Origin: a virus
Lineage: Duplodnaviria > Caudoviricetes
IMG/VR virus record: IMGVR_UViG_3300036797_000054
Location: 1 to 64,000 of that record
DNA: 64,000 nt
Strand: one strand, 5' to 3'
Under the pieces are notes generated by a model. It was not told where the DNA came from. It saw only the letters and a list, made by a program, of their open reading frames with translations, and searched no databases. Shown here piece after piece: positions 52,320-60,893 of the stretch. Position numbers and translations under genes: made by a program. Within the stretch, counting starts at the first letter, position 1; every line of letters starts with the position of its first letter.

Positions 52320-53503
52320 TGCCATCGCTCGCTCAGTGGACACCGCTGCGCCAGGAGACGATCGACACGATTCGCCAGCGCGTCGATGCCAACGTCAACG
52401 CCGGGCTCGATGAAGCGGACCCGCGCTGGCAGGAGACGACGCCAGGCGGATTCTTCTACGACCACACGCAGTCGTTCGCGCTGGAGGCCGAGTTCCTGTG
52501 GGACTTCGCCTCGACCGAGCTGCCCGCGTCGTTCTTCCTGCCGTTCTCCTGGGGCATCTACCTCGACTACTGGGGCGAACTGCTCGACGTGCCACGCAAG
52601 ACGCCGGTGTCGGCCACCGGCGTCGTTCGGCTGACCAACGAATCAGACCAGCCGCAGATCATCGCGACGGGGCTGGAGGTCGCAGCCCCCGCGACCGCGC
52701 CCGAAGATGAACCGATCACGTTCACGACCGCGGAAACGGTCGAAATCCCGGCAGAAGACAGCCGCATCGTTCCTGTCGTCGCGACTGAAACCGGCTCGTC
52801 GTTCGACGTGCCTGCGCACGCGGTGAACCTGATCACCTCGCCGTCGCAGGAACTGACCGTTGACAACGAGGAACCGATCTCGGGCGGCGAAGATGACGAG
52901 CTCGACCAGCCGTACAAGGAACGGCTGTTGCTGGAGTTCCAGGGCAGCCGCGGCGGCGGCACGCGCGACGACTACATCGCCGAGACGCTGGCGCTTCCGA
53001 GCGTGGGCAACGTCGTAGTGCAACCGCATTGGGACGGCCCCAACACGGTGCGCCTGATCATCAGCGACAACGACAACGGCCCACTGTCCGAAGGCGTCAT
53101 CGAAAACGTGCAGGAGTTTTGGGACCCGCCCGGCGAATCGGGGCTGGGCGCGGGCCACGCGCCGATCGACGCCGAAGTGACGGTGGCGACGGTCACGATC
53201 ACCACCGTGCCGATCGCGGCGACGCTGGAGCTCGAACCGGGCTTCACGCTGACCGGCGTCGGGGGCACCGTCAACGTCAGCGAATCGGTGCAGCTCGCGC
53301 TCGATACCTACTTCCGCTCGCTGGAGGCGGGCGAGCGCGTGCAGATCAATCGCGTGCTCGCCGCGCTGCTGGCGATCGACGGCGTGTACGACGTGAAAGC
53401 GGGGACGCTGGAGATCAACGGCAAACCCGAAGACCTGCTCGTCTCGGCGCTGCACTCGGCACAGCTCGGGACGGTCACGCTGGCCGCCGAAGCTGCGCCG
53501 TGA
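52319..53503 (+). CDS. baseplate J-like protein (XkdT)
   Basis: GGFFYD, YLDYWG..RK..ATG, GGEDDE, GGTRDDY, WDGPNTV, APIDAEVTV. Confidence 0.9.
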   Translation: MPSLAQWTPLRQETIDTIRQRVDANVNAGLDEADPRWQETTPGGFFYDHTQSFALEAEFLWDFASTELPASFFLPFSWGIYLDYWGELLDVPRKTPVSATGVVRLTNESDQPQIIATGLEVAAPATAPEDEPITFTTAETVEIPAEDSRIVPVVATETGSSFDVPAHAVNLITSPSQELTVDNEEPISGGEDDELDQPYKERLLLEFQGSRGGGTRDDYIAETLALPSVGNVVVQPHWDGPNTVRLIISDNDNGPLSEGVIENVQEFWDPPGESGLGAGHAPIDAEVTVATVTITTVPIAATLELEPGFTLTGVGGTVNVSESVQLALDTYFRSLEAGERVQINRVLAALLAIDGVYDVKAGTLEINGKPEDLLVSALHSAQLGTVTLAAEAAP

Positions 53504-53925
53504 GCGACAGAAGCGCCTACATGCGTCAATGGCGATCGGAAAACCGGGACCTTGTGGCGAGGGCCGATGCCGCCCGCCACGCGCGCGACCGCGACAAGCG
53601 GAATACACGTAGTCGAGCGCGAAAGCGTCGTGAACGAGCGGCCAATCCCGAACGCGCGCGCCAACTGAGCAGACGTTATGCAGCAGAGCGCGAAGCACGA
53701 CGACAGAAGGCTCGGAGTGGCAATCCCACGCTCGCGGCCGAGTACATGGAAATCGTCTTGGCCGATCCATGCGCTTACTGTGGTGGGGCGAGTGCGCATA
53801 TCGACCACATCGAGCCGCTGGCACAGGGGGGGGAACACGGGTGGGATAACTTCACGGCCGCGTGCGCCAACTGCAACAAGCGTAAGCACACAAAACCGCT
53901 GCTGGCATTTCTGCGAGGTCGTTGA
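53500..53925 (+). CDS. HNH endonuclease
   Basis: DPCAYCG..IDHIEPLAQGGEHGWDNFTAACANCNKRK. Confidence 0.9.
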   Translation: MSDRSAYMRQWRSENRDLVARADAARHARDRDKRNTRSRARKRRERAANPERARQLSRRYAAEREARRQKARSGNPTLAAEYMEIVLADPCAYCGGASAHIDHIEPLAQGGEHGWDNFTAACANCNKRKHTKPLLAFLRGR

Positions 53926-54470
53926 TGAGCGGTCCCCTCGATACTTTGTCGTCCCGCGGCGAACGCATGATCAGCAATCTTTGGGCTCCCGAGCAGGCCG
54001 ACCCGAGCTCGGTCGCGATCATGCGCGCGGGCGCGGATGAGCTCGACGCGATCGAGGAACTGATGGGAATCGTTCGCCAGCAGGCGTGGCCGCACAAGGC
54101 CGATGACAGCTACGGGCTCCTGGCGATCCACGAGCGGATGCTTGGCATTCCGATCAAACCGTTCGGTGTGCCGCTGAGTCAGCGCCAGGATGCAGCCAAG
54201 TCGGCGGTGCAGTCGCGGCGTGTAGGCTCGGCCTCGCAGTGGGTCAGCCGCTTCGATGCGCTGATGCGCGGCAATCCCTGGACCTACCAGCGCAACCACC
54301 CCGGCCGCGGCCAGCTCACGATCACGATCCCCTACGGCGAAGAATCGTACTCGGCCGGGCAGGTCCGGGCGCTCGCCGAACGCGTCACACCGGCGCATCT
54401 GGAACTGATCGTACGCTATGACGTGGGCTGGATCGCAGGCGTCTCGCGCGCCGGGCTGGATGCAGTCTGA
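53925..54470 (+). CDS. baseplate protein (XkdU/DUF2313-like)
   Basis: HERMLGI, ERVTPAHL; follows baseplate J. Confidence 0.75.
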   Translation: MSGPLDTLSSRGERMISNLWAPEQADPSSVAIMRAGADELDAIEELMGIVRQQAWPHKADDSYGLLAIHERMLGIPIKPFGVPLSQRQDAAKSAVQSRRVGSASQWVSRFDALMRGNPWTYQRNHPGRGQLTITIPYGEESYSAGQVRALAERVTPAHLELIVRYDVGWIAGVSRAGLDAV

Positions 54471-54490
54471 TAGACGGTCGCCAGTAGCCT
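54470..54490 (+). promoter_or_regulatory. putative late promoter (class III), leaderless
   Basis: ATAG-N11-TAGCCT, 8 nt before GTG 54499. Confidence 0.7.
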
Positions 54491-54498
54491 GAAACCCA

Positions 54499-55734
54499 GT
54501 GCCTACGACTCTCTACCCGAGCGCCGACGAGTTCATCGCGCTGAGCTCAGGGGACATTGTTCCTGTCCCGTTCTTCGACGTTACGCAGGAGGTGCTTGGC
54601 ACCCTCGGCCGTCTCGATCTCACGCTCGCCAACTCCACGACGCTGCGTGCCTACGCCGGGACCGGCGCTGACAAGGCCGCGATGGGCGTCGGCGGCCAGT
54701 TGCGCGTCGTCACGGCCAACGTGGAACAGTCGATGCCCGGCGGCAGCGCGGCGGGGCGCTACACGATCTACGTCACGACGGGCGCAACAGAGATCAGCGG
54801 CGACGAAGATTCGACCGACTACACCTGGCAGCTCGCGATCGTCAAAGAAGGTGGCTCGCCGCCAGCGACGCCGTACCACAAGGTCGTCGGCTACCTGGAC
54901 TACTCGGGCACCGCGATCACGCGGCTGGTGCAGACGTTCGGGCGGCGCGACGATGCTCCGCACGCGGCCGTCTCGCCGAGCGTCAACGTGCCCGCGCTGG
55001 AGGCGATCATGCCCGCTTCCTCCACCGCCAACCCGTTCCAGGTCGCGGTCGGAACCTCGCCGGTGTTCACGGTCGGCCCGACGGGCGCAGTCACGGCGAT
55101 GGCCGGGATCACCGCAACGAACATCGCGCTCTCGAAAAACGACCGCACGGCGCTGACGCTGCCCGGCGCGGCCGCGGGCATGACACTCGGCGGCGACACG
55201 CAGTTCTACCGTGCCGAAGCGAACGTGCTCGCCACACCGGGGTCGATCGCCGCAGGCGGCTACGTTCAGGCCAATCAAAGCGCCTACGTGGGTGGCGTTC
55301 TGCACTTCGGGATCTCAGGCGGCACATCGTTCGACGCGCAGCTCGAACGTGGAAGCGCCGCGAACACGCTCAAGACGCCCGGCACATTCCAGGTCGGGGC
55401 CAACCTGGGCCTGACGACCAACACAGGCGCGCTCTTGTTCGGCACGACAGGCGACACCAACCTGTACCGGGCAAGCGCTGGTGTTCTGAAGACCGACGGC
55501 GAACTGATCGTTGCGGGTGGCCTGAAAGTCACCGGTGAAACGAGTTACGTGGGGGGCACGCTGGGATTCTTCGGCGCAACTGCCGTTTCGCAACGCGCTG
55601 GATGGGGGACGCCGTCGCCGCCAGGTGGCGCGTTCCGCACTCCACTTACGTATTCGGCGACGTTGAAGAACGTCATCGACAAGGTGGAGACGCTGATTAC
55701 CGATCTGCGAGCCTACGGACTGCTCGGCGCATGA
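54499..55734 (+). CDS. tail fibre protein
   Basis: G/T/A-rich; three D[TA]xL/F[YE]R..A..L.T.G repeats; TLGFFGATAV..LRAYGL C-terminus. Confidence 0.75.
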   Translation: MPTTLYPSADEFIALSSGDIVPVPFFDVTQEVLGTLGRLDLTLANSTTLRAYAGTGADKAAMGVGGQLRVVTANVEQSMPGGSAAGRYTIYVTTGATEISGDEDSTDYTWQLAIVKEGGSPPATPYHKVVGYLDYSGTAITRLVQTFGRRDDAPHAAVSPSVNVPALEAIMPASSTANPFQVAVGTSPVFTVGPTGAVTAMAGITATNIALSKNDRTALTLPGAAAGMTLGGDTQFYRAEANVLATPGSIAAGGYVQANQSAYVGGVLHFGISGGTSFDAQLERGSAANTLKTPGTFQVGANLGLTTNTGALLFGTTGDTNLYRASAGVLKTDGELIVAGGLKVTGETSYVGGTLGFFGATAVSQRAGWGTPSPPGGAFRTPLTYSATLKNVIDKVETLITDLRAYGLLGA

Positions 55735-56648
55735 CGAATCTCGGCGATCTCAAAGCCAACCAAGACATCGCGCTCGGCATCGGTGCCAAGGGCGTTCTTT
55801 CTGCGCGTCCCGGCTCCGCGGCCGAAAACTCTTTCTACGAAGCGACCGACGTAGGCGTCCTCTATCGCTACACAGGATCGGAATGGGTCGTCGCGGGCTA
55901 CACGGCTAACCTCTCAGGCACACTCGCGGCTCGCCCGAGCCCGGCTGTCGCAGGCCGGTTCTACGAAGCGACCGACGTAGGCGTCCTCTATCGCGACATT
56001 GGCAGTGCGTGGGTCGCATTGCGGCCGCTGCCAGTAAGTGGCCTTTTCTCGGCGCGGCCGACTGCGGGAGTCCTGGGGCGCGAATTCAAGGCGACCAACA
56101 CGGGCGTCCTCTACCGAGACACCGGGTCTGCATGGGAAGCAATCGATTGGCCCGGGCGGCTGATCTTTTCCGCGAGCACGGCGTTGCTCGATGGCGTTCT
56201 GCCATGCGAAGGCCAGCAGGTGCTGATCAGCACCTACAAACTTCTGTATGAAGCGCTTGGAGGCGCATCGAACGCCGCGCTCACGACGGGGGCAGAATCG
56301 GGCAAGTTCTTTGTGCCCGATTACCGCGAACGCGCCCCAATGGGACCCGGCTCAACGAACCTGCTCGGAGCAAAAACTGGGGAGGCAACGCACAAACTGA
56401 GCATTGCGGAGATGCCTGCGCACGCGCACGGAGGCACAGCTACATCGCCGTCTATTTGGCTGCCAGACAGCGTGGGAGGCCACCTGATCGGTGAAGCTGC
56501 GCCCACCTATCACTCTCAGCCGGGATTCGTCACATCCGACACGTTGCTACAGACGCCGATCGCGAGCTCGATCCCATCCGAAGGCGGTGGTGCGGTGCAC
56601 AACAATTTGCAGCCCGTCACGGTCTGCAATGTCTGGATTCGCTACTGA
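55731..56648 (+). CDS. tail fibre protein with tail-collar domain
   Basis: Three ~42-aa repeats (ARP..F[YK][EA]..GVLYR..GS.W); CEGQ..LYEALG..FFVPDYR; GEATHKLSIAEMPAHAH; HNNLQP. Confidence 0.85.
   Translation: MTNLGDLKANQDIALGIGAKGVLSARPGSAAENSFYEATDVGVLYRYTGSEWVVAGYTANLSGTLAARPSPAVAGRFYEATDVGVLYRDIGSAWVALRPLPVSGLFSARPTAGVLGREFKATNTGVLYRDTGSAWEAIDWPGRLIFSASTALLDGVLPCEGQQVLISTYKLLYEALGGASNAALTTGAESGKFFVPDYRERAPMGPGSTNLLGAKTGEATHKLSIAEMPAHAHGGTATSPSIWLPDSVGGHLIGEAAPTYHSQPGFVTSDTLLQTPIASSIPSEGGGAVHNNLQPVTVCNVWIRY
55833..55994 (+). repeat. identical 36-bp direct repeat within fibre gene
   Basis: TTCTACGAAGCGACCGACGTAGGCGTCCTCTATCGC at 55833-55868 and 55959-55994. Confidence 0.9.
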
Positions 56649-56953
56649 TGCCGATGGACATTCCTGACATCGGCGGCAAAGCGGCTTCGGTCCATGTTCT
56701 CCATGCGCTGCTCACGCAGAGCAGCACACGCCGCCGCGAGCTCGAAATGACTCGCGTGGCCAATGACCATGGATGCGACGATCCGGTCCCCGGGATGGCA
56801 GCTACGCGCGCCGATGGAACGGTCAACAGCTACCGTCTTTGCTTGCAGGAGCTGGATGAGCAGGAGCACCGTCTGGCGGCGGCGTACCCTGATGAGATGA
56901 TTGAGCTGACAGCACTCGTGCAGCAGCGCGAGAAGGAGAGCGAGGACAAGTGA
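56648..56953 (+). CDS. hypothetical protein
   Basis: Coupled on both sides. Confidence 0.6.
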   Translation: MPMDIPDIGGKAASVHVLHALLTQSSTRRRELEMTRVANDHGCDDPVPGMAATRADGTVNSYRLCLQELDEQEHRLAAAYPDEMIELTALVQQREKESEDK

Positions 56954-58860
56954 GACTGCGCCGCTTCGTGCTGTTCGTGCTCGCGATTTCCTCATTCGCC
57001 TTGACCGCGTGTGGATCGAGCACCAAGACAGTCACGATCCACACGCCGCGCTCTGTGCCGTGGCTTGACCCATGCAAGGCCGACGAACTGCGCTCCAACG
57101 AAGGCGAATGTATCCCGCTCTCGCTCGTCAAAGCACCTGGCGGCAAGGGGAAGCTGGAAAAGGCAGGCGTGCATCCCACCGGCGGTGCACCCGGTGCGCC
57201 GGTGCCCGAAGGTCAACCGTTGATGACCGAACCGCCGTCGCTGTTCTTTCCGACACTCGTCCACATCCCGACGATCGATGCCAATGGCCTGCACTTGATC
57301 GAGCAGTTCGAGGGCTATAGCCGCTGCGCGTATTGGGACCCCTATGGCGGTGTGTGGACGGCTGGCTATGGGCAGACGCACGGCGTCTACCGCGGCTTCT
57401 GTTTCGCCGACCAGGCGGCCGCGCAAGCGAACCTCGCCAACAGCGTTCGTCAGAACTACGAGTGGGCAGTACGTGCGATCGGCTATCCGTTCAACCAGAA
57501 CGAGGTCGATGCCCTGGACTCGTTCGCCTACAACCTCGGGCCATACATCTTTGTCGGCTCGCTGCGAGCAGACCTACGGGCCGGGCACATCTACGCAGCG
57601 AGCCGCATCATGCTCAGCTATGTGCACGCAGGCCATGTGACGCTGGCCGGGCTTGTCACGCGTCGCCGCCTAGAGGTAGCGCGCTTGCTCACAGCAGCAC
57701 CGCGACCGAAGACTCCGGCTGAGATTCACGCCGAACGACGCAAGCGACTCAACGCCGATTACGCCAAGAGGCGCGCGTTGCGTTCGACCATCCACCGCTA
57801 CAACTGCTCGCACGGCTATCGCAGGTTTACGCGTGAGCATAAGCGCAAATGCACTGTATGGCGCACGCACGGCGCACAGGTCAACCGCGACATCAAACGG
57901 TTGGAGGGCCTACTTGGCATCCACCACGCCAAGCTCACCGCACCTAGCAACCCCGCCGCGAATTGCACCCACCCGCGCCTCGATGGCATTCACGAAATGG
58001 GCTCGTGCATCGCCAAGCACTTCGGTATCAGCGCACCTCTCGGCGGTAGTTTTGGCTCGCGCGGCATCGACATCTCGGTGTATCAGGGTCACCCATCGTT
58101 TTGCTACGCGCGCTCGCACGGCTTGCGTTTCGTCTGGCAGCAATCGAACGATGGCGGCCACGCCGACAGCAACTTCATCTCCAATACGCGAGAGGCCCAT
58201 AGCTGTCACGTCGCGACTGGCACCTACATCTTCGTGGAGGCTGGCAATCCGATTGGGCAGGCGTATCTGGCTGTGCGCGAGATGCGCGCCGCGGGCATCA
58301 GCCAGGACTTGCCCGTCGCGCTCGATGTCGAGGTCCATGGCTCCTACTACAACGTGCCAGCCATGGCGAGCTATCTACGCGCTCGCGGCTATGGCGTCGT
58401 GACCTACACAGCACCTGGCCTTTGGCCTGATGCGTCGTGCGCGGGTACTGAACTGTGGGCGGCAGAGTGGGGCACACACGGCTATCGCTTCTCCTGCTTT
58501 GCACGACTTATCGCGCAGCAGACCTGCGGCACCTGCTACCTCGCAGGCGTGAGCGGGCAGGTTGATCTCGATGTGGCTTTCTCGCTGCATATCTCATCCT
58601 CCGAGACCCCTGCGCAGCACATCGCGCGCCTGCACCGCGAACTGGCAGGACACGAGGTCATTCTCACCGACCTGCGCAAGCGCATCGTTGTGCTGCGGCG
58701 CGAAATGCGTGACAAGGGCTGCTACCGCCGGATCAAATCCCATGAGCGTGTTGGTCCTCGATGCAAACGATGGAAGCGCGAAGGGGATGAAGATCACGTC
58801 CGTGGGCTGCGCGAGGATGCGTTCGTGACCAAGCTGAAGCACGAACTGCACACCCGATGA
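56950..58860 (+). CDS. endolysin: lipoprotein signal, GH24 lysozyme and GH25 muramidase
   Basis: Lipobox LTAC; EQFEG..YWD..WTAGYG..SFAYNLG..GLVTRR; GIDISVYQG..ALDVE..LWAAEW..VDLD. Confidence 0.85.
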   Translation: MRLRRFVLFVLAISSFALTACGSSTKTVTIHTPRSVPWLDPCKADELRSNEGECIPLSLVKAPGGKGKLEKAGVHPTGGAPGAPVPEGQPLMTEPPSLFFPTLVHIPTIDANGLHLIEQFEGYSRCAYWDPYGGVWTAGYGQTHGVYRGFCFADQAAAQANLANSVRQNYEWAVRAIGYPFNQNEVDALDSFAYNLGPYIFVGSLRADLRAGHIYAASRIMLSYVHAGHVTLAGLVTRRRLEVARLLTAAPRPKTPAEIHAERRKRLNADYAKRRALRSTIHRYNCSHGYRRFTREHKRKCTVWRTHGAQVNRDIKRLEGLLGIHHAKLTAPSNPAANCTHPRLDGIHEMGSCIAKHFGISAPLGGSFGSRGIDISVYQGHPSFCYARSHGLRFVWQQSNDGGHADSNFISNTREAHSCHVATGTYIFVEAGNPIGQAYLAVREMRAAGISQDLPVALDVEVHGSYYNVPAMASYLRARGYGVVTYTAPGLWPDASCAGTELWAAEWGTHGYRFSCFARLIAQQTCGTCYLAGVSGQVDLDVAFSLHISSSETPAQHIARLHRELAGHEVILTDLRKRIVVLRREMRDKGCYRRIKSHERVGPRCKRWKREGDEDHVRGLREDAFVTKLKHELHTR

Positions 58861-59063
58861 TCGACCTCAAGCTGATCGAGGCGCTGAAAGCAAAGCTCGC
58901 TGAGCGCGTGACGGACAAGGTGCCGTTTGTCGAGCTCTCGCTGCATTTCAGGCAGGGTTCGTATGAGAACTGGACAGTCGAGTCGCCATTGCTGCCCGAC
59001 GGCGTAGACGCTTTCGGCGTCACGCCTGACGATGCGATCAAGATGGCCCTCAGCCATCTGTGA
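58857..59063 (+). CDS. hypothetical protein
   Basis: ATGA and GTGA couplings. Confidence 0.6.
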   Translation: MIDLKLIEALKAKLAERVTDKVPFVELSLHFRQGSYENWTVESPLLPDGVDAFGVTPDDAIKMALSHL

Positions 59064-59575
59064 CCGCCATGAACGACTCGTTTGAGGATCGCGCTGCGCG
59101 TAGCCGGGAGCTGGTGCATCCACTGGGGATCACGTTGCCGCCGTGGTACGTCGCCGTCTACGACGAGGGCGTCCGGCTGAGCGAGCAGGAGTGGCCCTAC
59201 ATCTATGGGGGCGGCCACAACGCGACGTTCTCGCCCTCGGTGGGGCTGACCAAAGGGTCGGTCAAGGGCTACGACTGCGGCTCGTTCACGAGCAAGGTCA
59301 TGCACGCGGGCTTGCCCGAGCTCGTGCCGCTGCCGTTGACGACGAGCGAGATCGAGAAGTGGGGTGCGTCGGGCTGGGGCGAGTATCTGGCGTGGTGGGT
59401 CGTGGACGGGATCGTCAACGAGGTGTTCACCGAACACACCGTGATCGAATTTCGCAAGGGCGTCCCGGCCGCGCACGCTTTCCTGATGGCCCATCACACC
59501 AACGGCCCACCGTGCGGATTCGTCGCTCGCGGCGACTGGAATCCCAAGGGCTATCACGCGCGCCGCCGTCCGTAA
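59060..59575 (+). CDS. NlpC/P60-like peptidase
   Basis: PYIYGGGH..GYDCGSF..EH. Confidence 0.75.
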   Translation: MTAMNDSFEDRAARSRELVHPLGITLPPWYVAVYDEGVRLSEQEWPYIYGGGHNATFSPSVGLTKGSVKGYDCGSFTSKVMHAGLPELVPLPLTTSEIEKWGASGWGEYLAWWVVDGIVNEVFTEHTVIEFRKGVPAAHAFLMAHHTNGPPCGFVARGDWNPKGYHARRRP

Positions 59576-59580
59576 AAGCG

Positions 59581-59636
59581 TCCGAACGCTGCCATAGGCT
59601 CGCTCGCGCTACGCCAACCACTGGAGGTGCGAAATG
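59581..59636 (+). promoter_or_regulatory. putative class II promoter plus shared extended RBS
   Basis: TCCG-N10-TAGGCT-N4-CGCGCT...CTGGAGGTGCGAAATG. Confidence 0.55.
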
Positions 59637-60893
59637 CCCGATGCAGCCGTAACCGACGAGTCAGCCGACGAGGCGCTGATCACCGGCAAGAGCTCACCCG
59701 AGGATGCAGCCGAGACGGGAGCTGCCCGCGAGGCAGCCGCGCTCGCTGACCCATCCGACGCGACACTGCCTGCGCGCCATCAGTACGACCGCACGCAAGT
59801 CGAGGTCATCAAACAGACCGTCGCGAAAGACCTTACGCCTGCGGAGATGGCGTGGTTCCTGGAGGTCAGCGCGCGCTACGGGCTGGACCCGCTGCTGAAG
59901 GAGATCTTCGCGGCCAAGTTCAGCGGCAGCAACGGCCCGGTCGCGATCTTCACGGGCCGCGACGGCTACCTCAAGGCGGCCAAGCACGGCGGCAAATTCG
60001 TGCGCATGACCAGCCACGTCGTGCGCGAGAAAGACGAGTTCGTCAAGATGATCGACACCGCGGCCAGCGAGGAAGAGGGCCGCGAGATCCTGACGATCCG
60101 CCACGTCGCCGAGGGCTTTGGCACCGAGAAGCGCGGCAAGATCGTCGGCGCGTACGCAATGGTGTGGACGACTGCCTCGAAGCACCCGTGGTATGCCGAT
60201 GCGCCGTGGGAGGAATTCGGCGAGAAGCGTCAAGCGCCCGGCGGCAAGCCCGGCACCTGGACGCTCGACAACGACAAGGGCTACCCCGAGCAGATGATGG
60301 TCAAGGTGCCCGAGTCGATCGCGCTGCGCAAGGCGTGCGGCCTCTCGGGCCTCTACGCCGAGGAGGAGCTTGCCCAGCAGATCGCCGCCGCCAACGAGCG
60401 GCCTGCGCTGAGCAGCGCTGGCGGCGCAGCTCCCACGGTCGAGTACCCCGAGGATGAGCGCGGCCAGTTGATCGAGGCGATGGTCAACCGCGCTAATGAG
60501 CTCGTGCCCGGCGCGTTCCGTGCCGCGAAGGTGCGCCTGGAACTGGGCACCGGCGATGACGAGCGCCTCGATGCGTTCACCGAGCGCCTGCGCAAGTTCA
60601 TCGCCCAGCGCGAGCCCAACGATCCGCTCGTCGTGGTCGAGACAGTCGCTGTCGATGAGTCCGAGGTCGAGCAGCCCGAGGACGGCGAGCACGAGGACGG
60701 CGAGCAGGCCGAGGGCGAGTCGCCCACGGGCGACATCACCACCACGGCCGATCGCCTGAAAAGCGCGGTCGCCGACATCGAAGCGCAACTGGATGATCCC
60801 GACCTGTCCCCCGAGGACCGGCGCAAGGCTGAGGCCGAGCTGGTGCAGCTCAACGGCGAACTGGAGGCCGAGGAAGCCGACGGCGGCGCATGA
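59634..60893 (+). CDS. RecT/Red-beta family ssDNA-annealing recombinase
   Basis: YGLDPLLKEI, TGRDGYLK, IVGAYA.V, PEQMMVKVPESIALRKA. Confidence 0.85.
   Translation: MPDAAVTDESADEALITGKSSPEDAAETGAAREAAALADPSDATLPARHQYDRTQVEVIKQTVAKDLTPAEMAWFLEVSARYGLDPLLKEIFAAKFSGSNGPVAIFTGRDGYLKAAKHGGKFVRMTSHVVREKDEFVKMIDTAASEEEGREILTIRHVAEGFGTEKRGKIVGAYAMVWTTASKHPWYADAPWEEFGEKRQAPGGKPGTWTLDNDKGYPEQMMVKVPESIALRKACGLSGLYAEEELAQQIAAANERPALSSAGGAAPTVEYPEDERGQLIEAMVNRANELVPGAFRAAKVRLELGTGDDERLDAFTERLRKFIAQREPNDPLVVVETVAVDESEVEQPEDGEHEDGEQAEGESPTGDITTTADRLKSAVADIEAQLDDPDLSPEDRRKAEAELVQLNGELEAEEADGGA

Noticed and set aside
55833-55994. Repeat pair as DGR template/variable repeats
   Set aside because: Copies are identical, with no adenine-specific differences and no reverse transcriptase in the window
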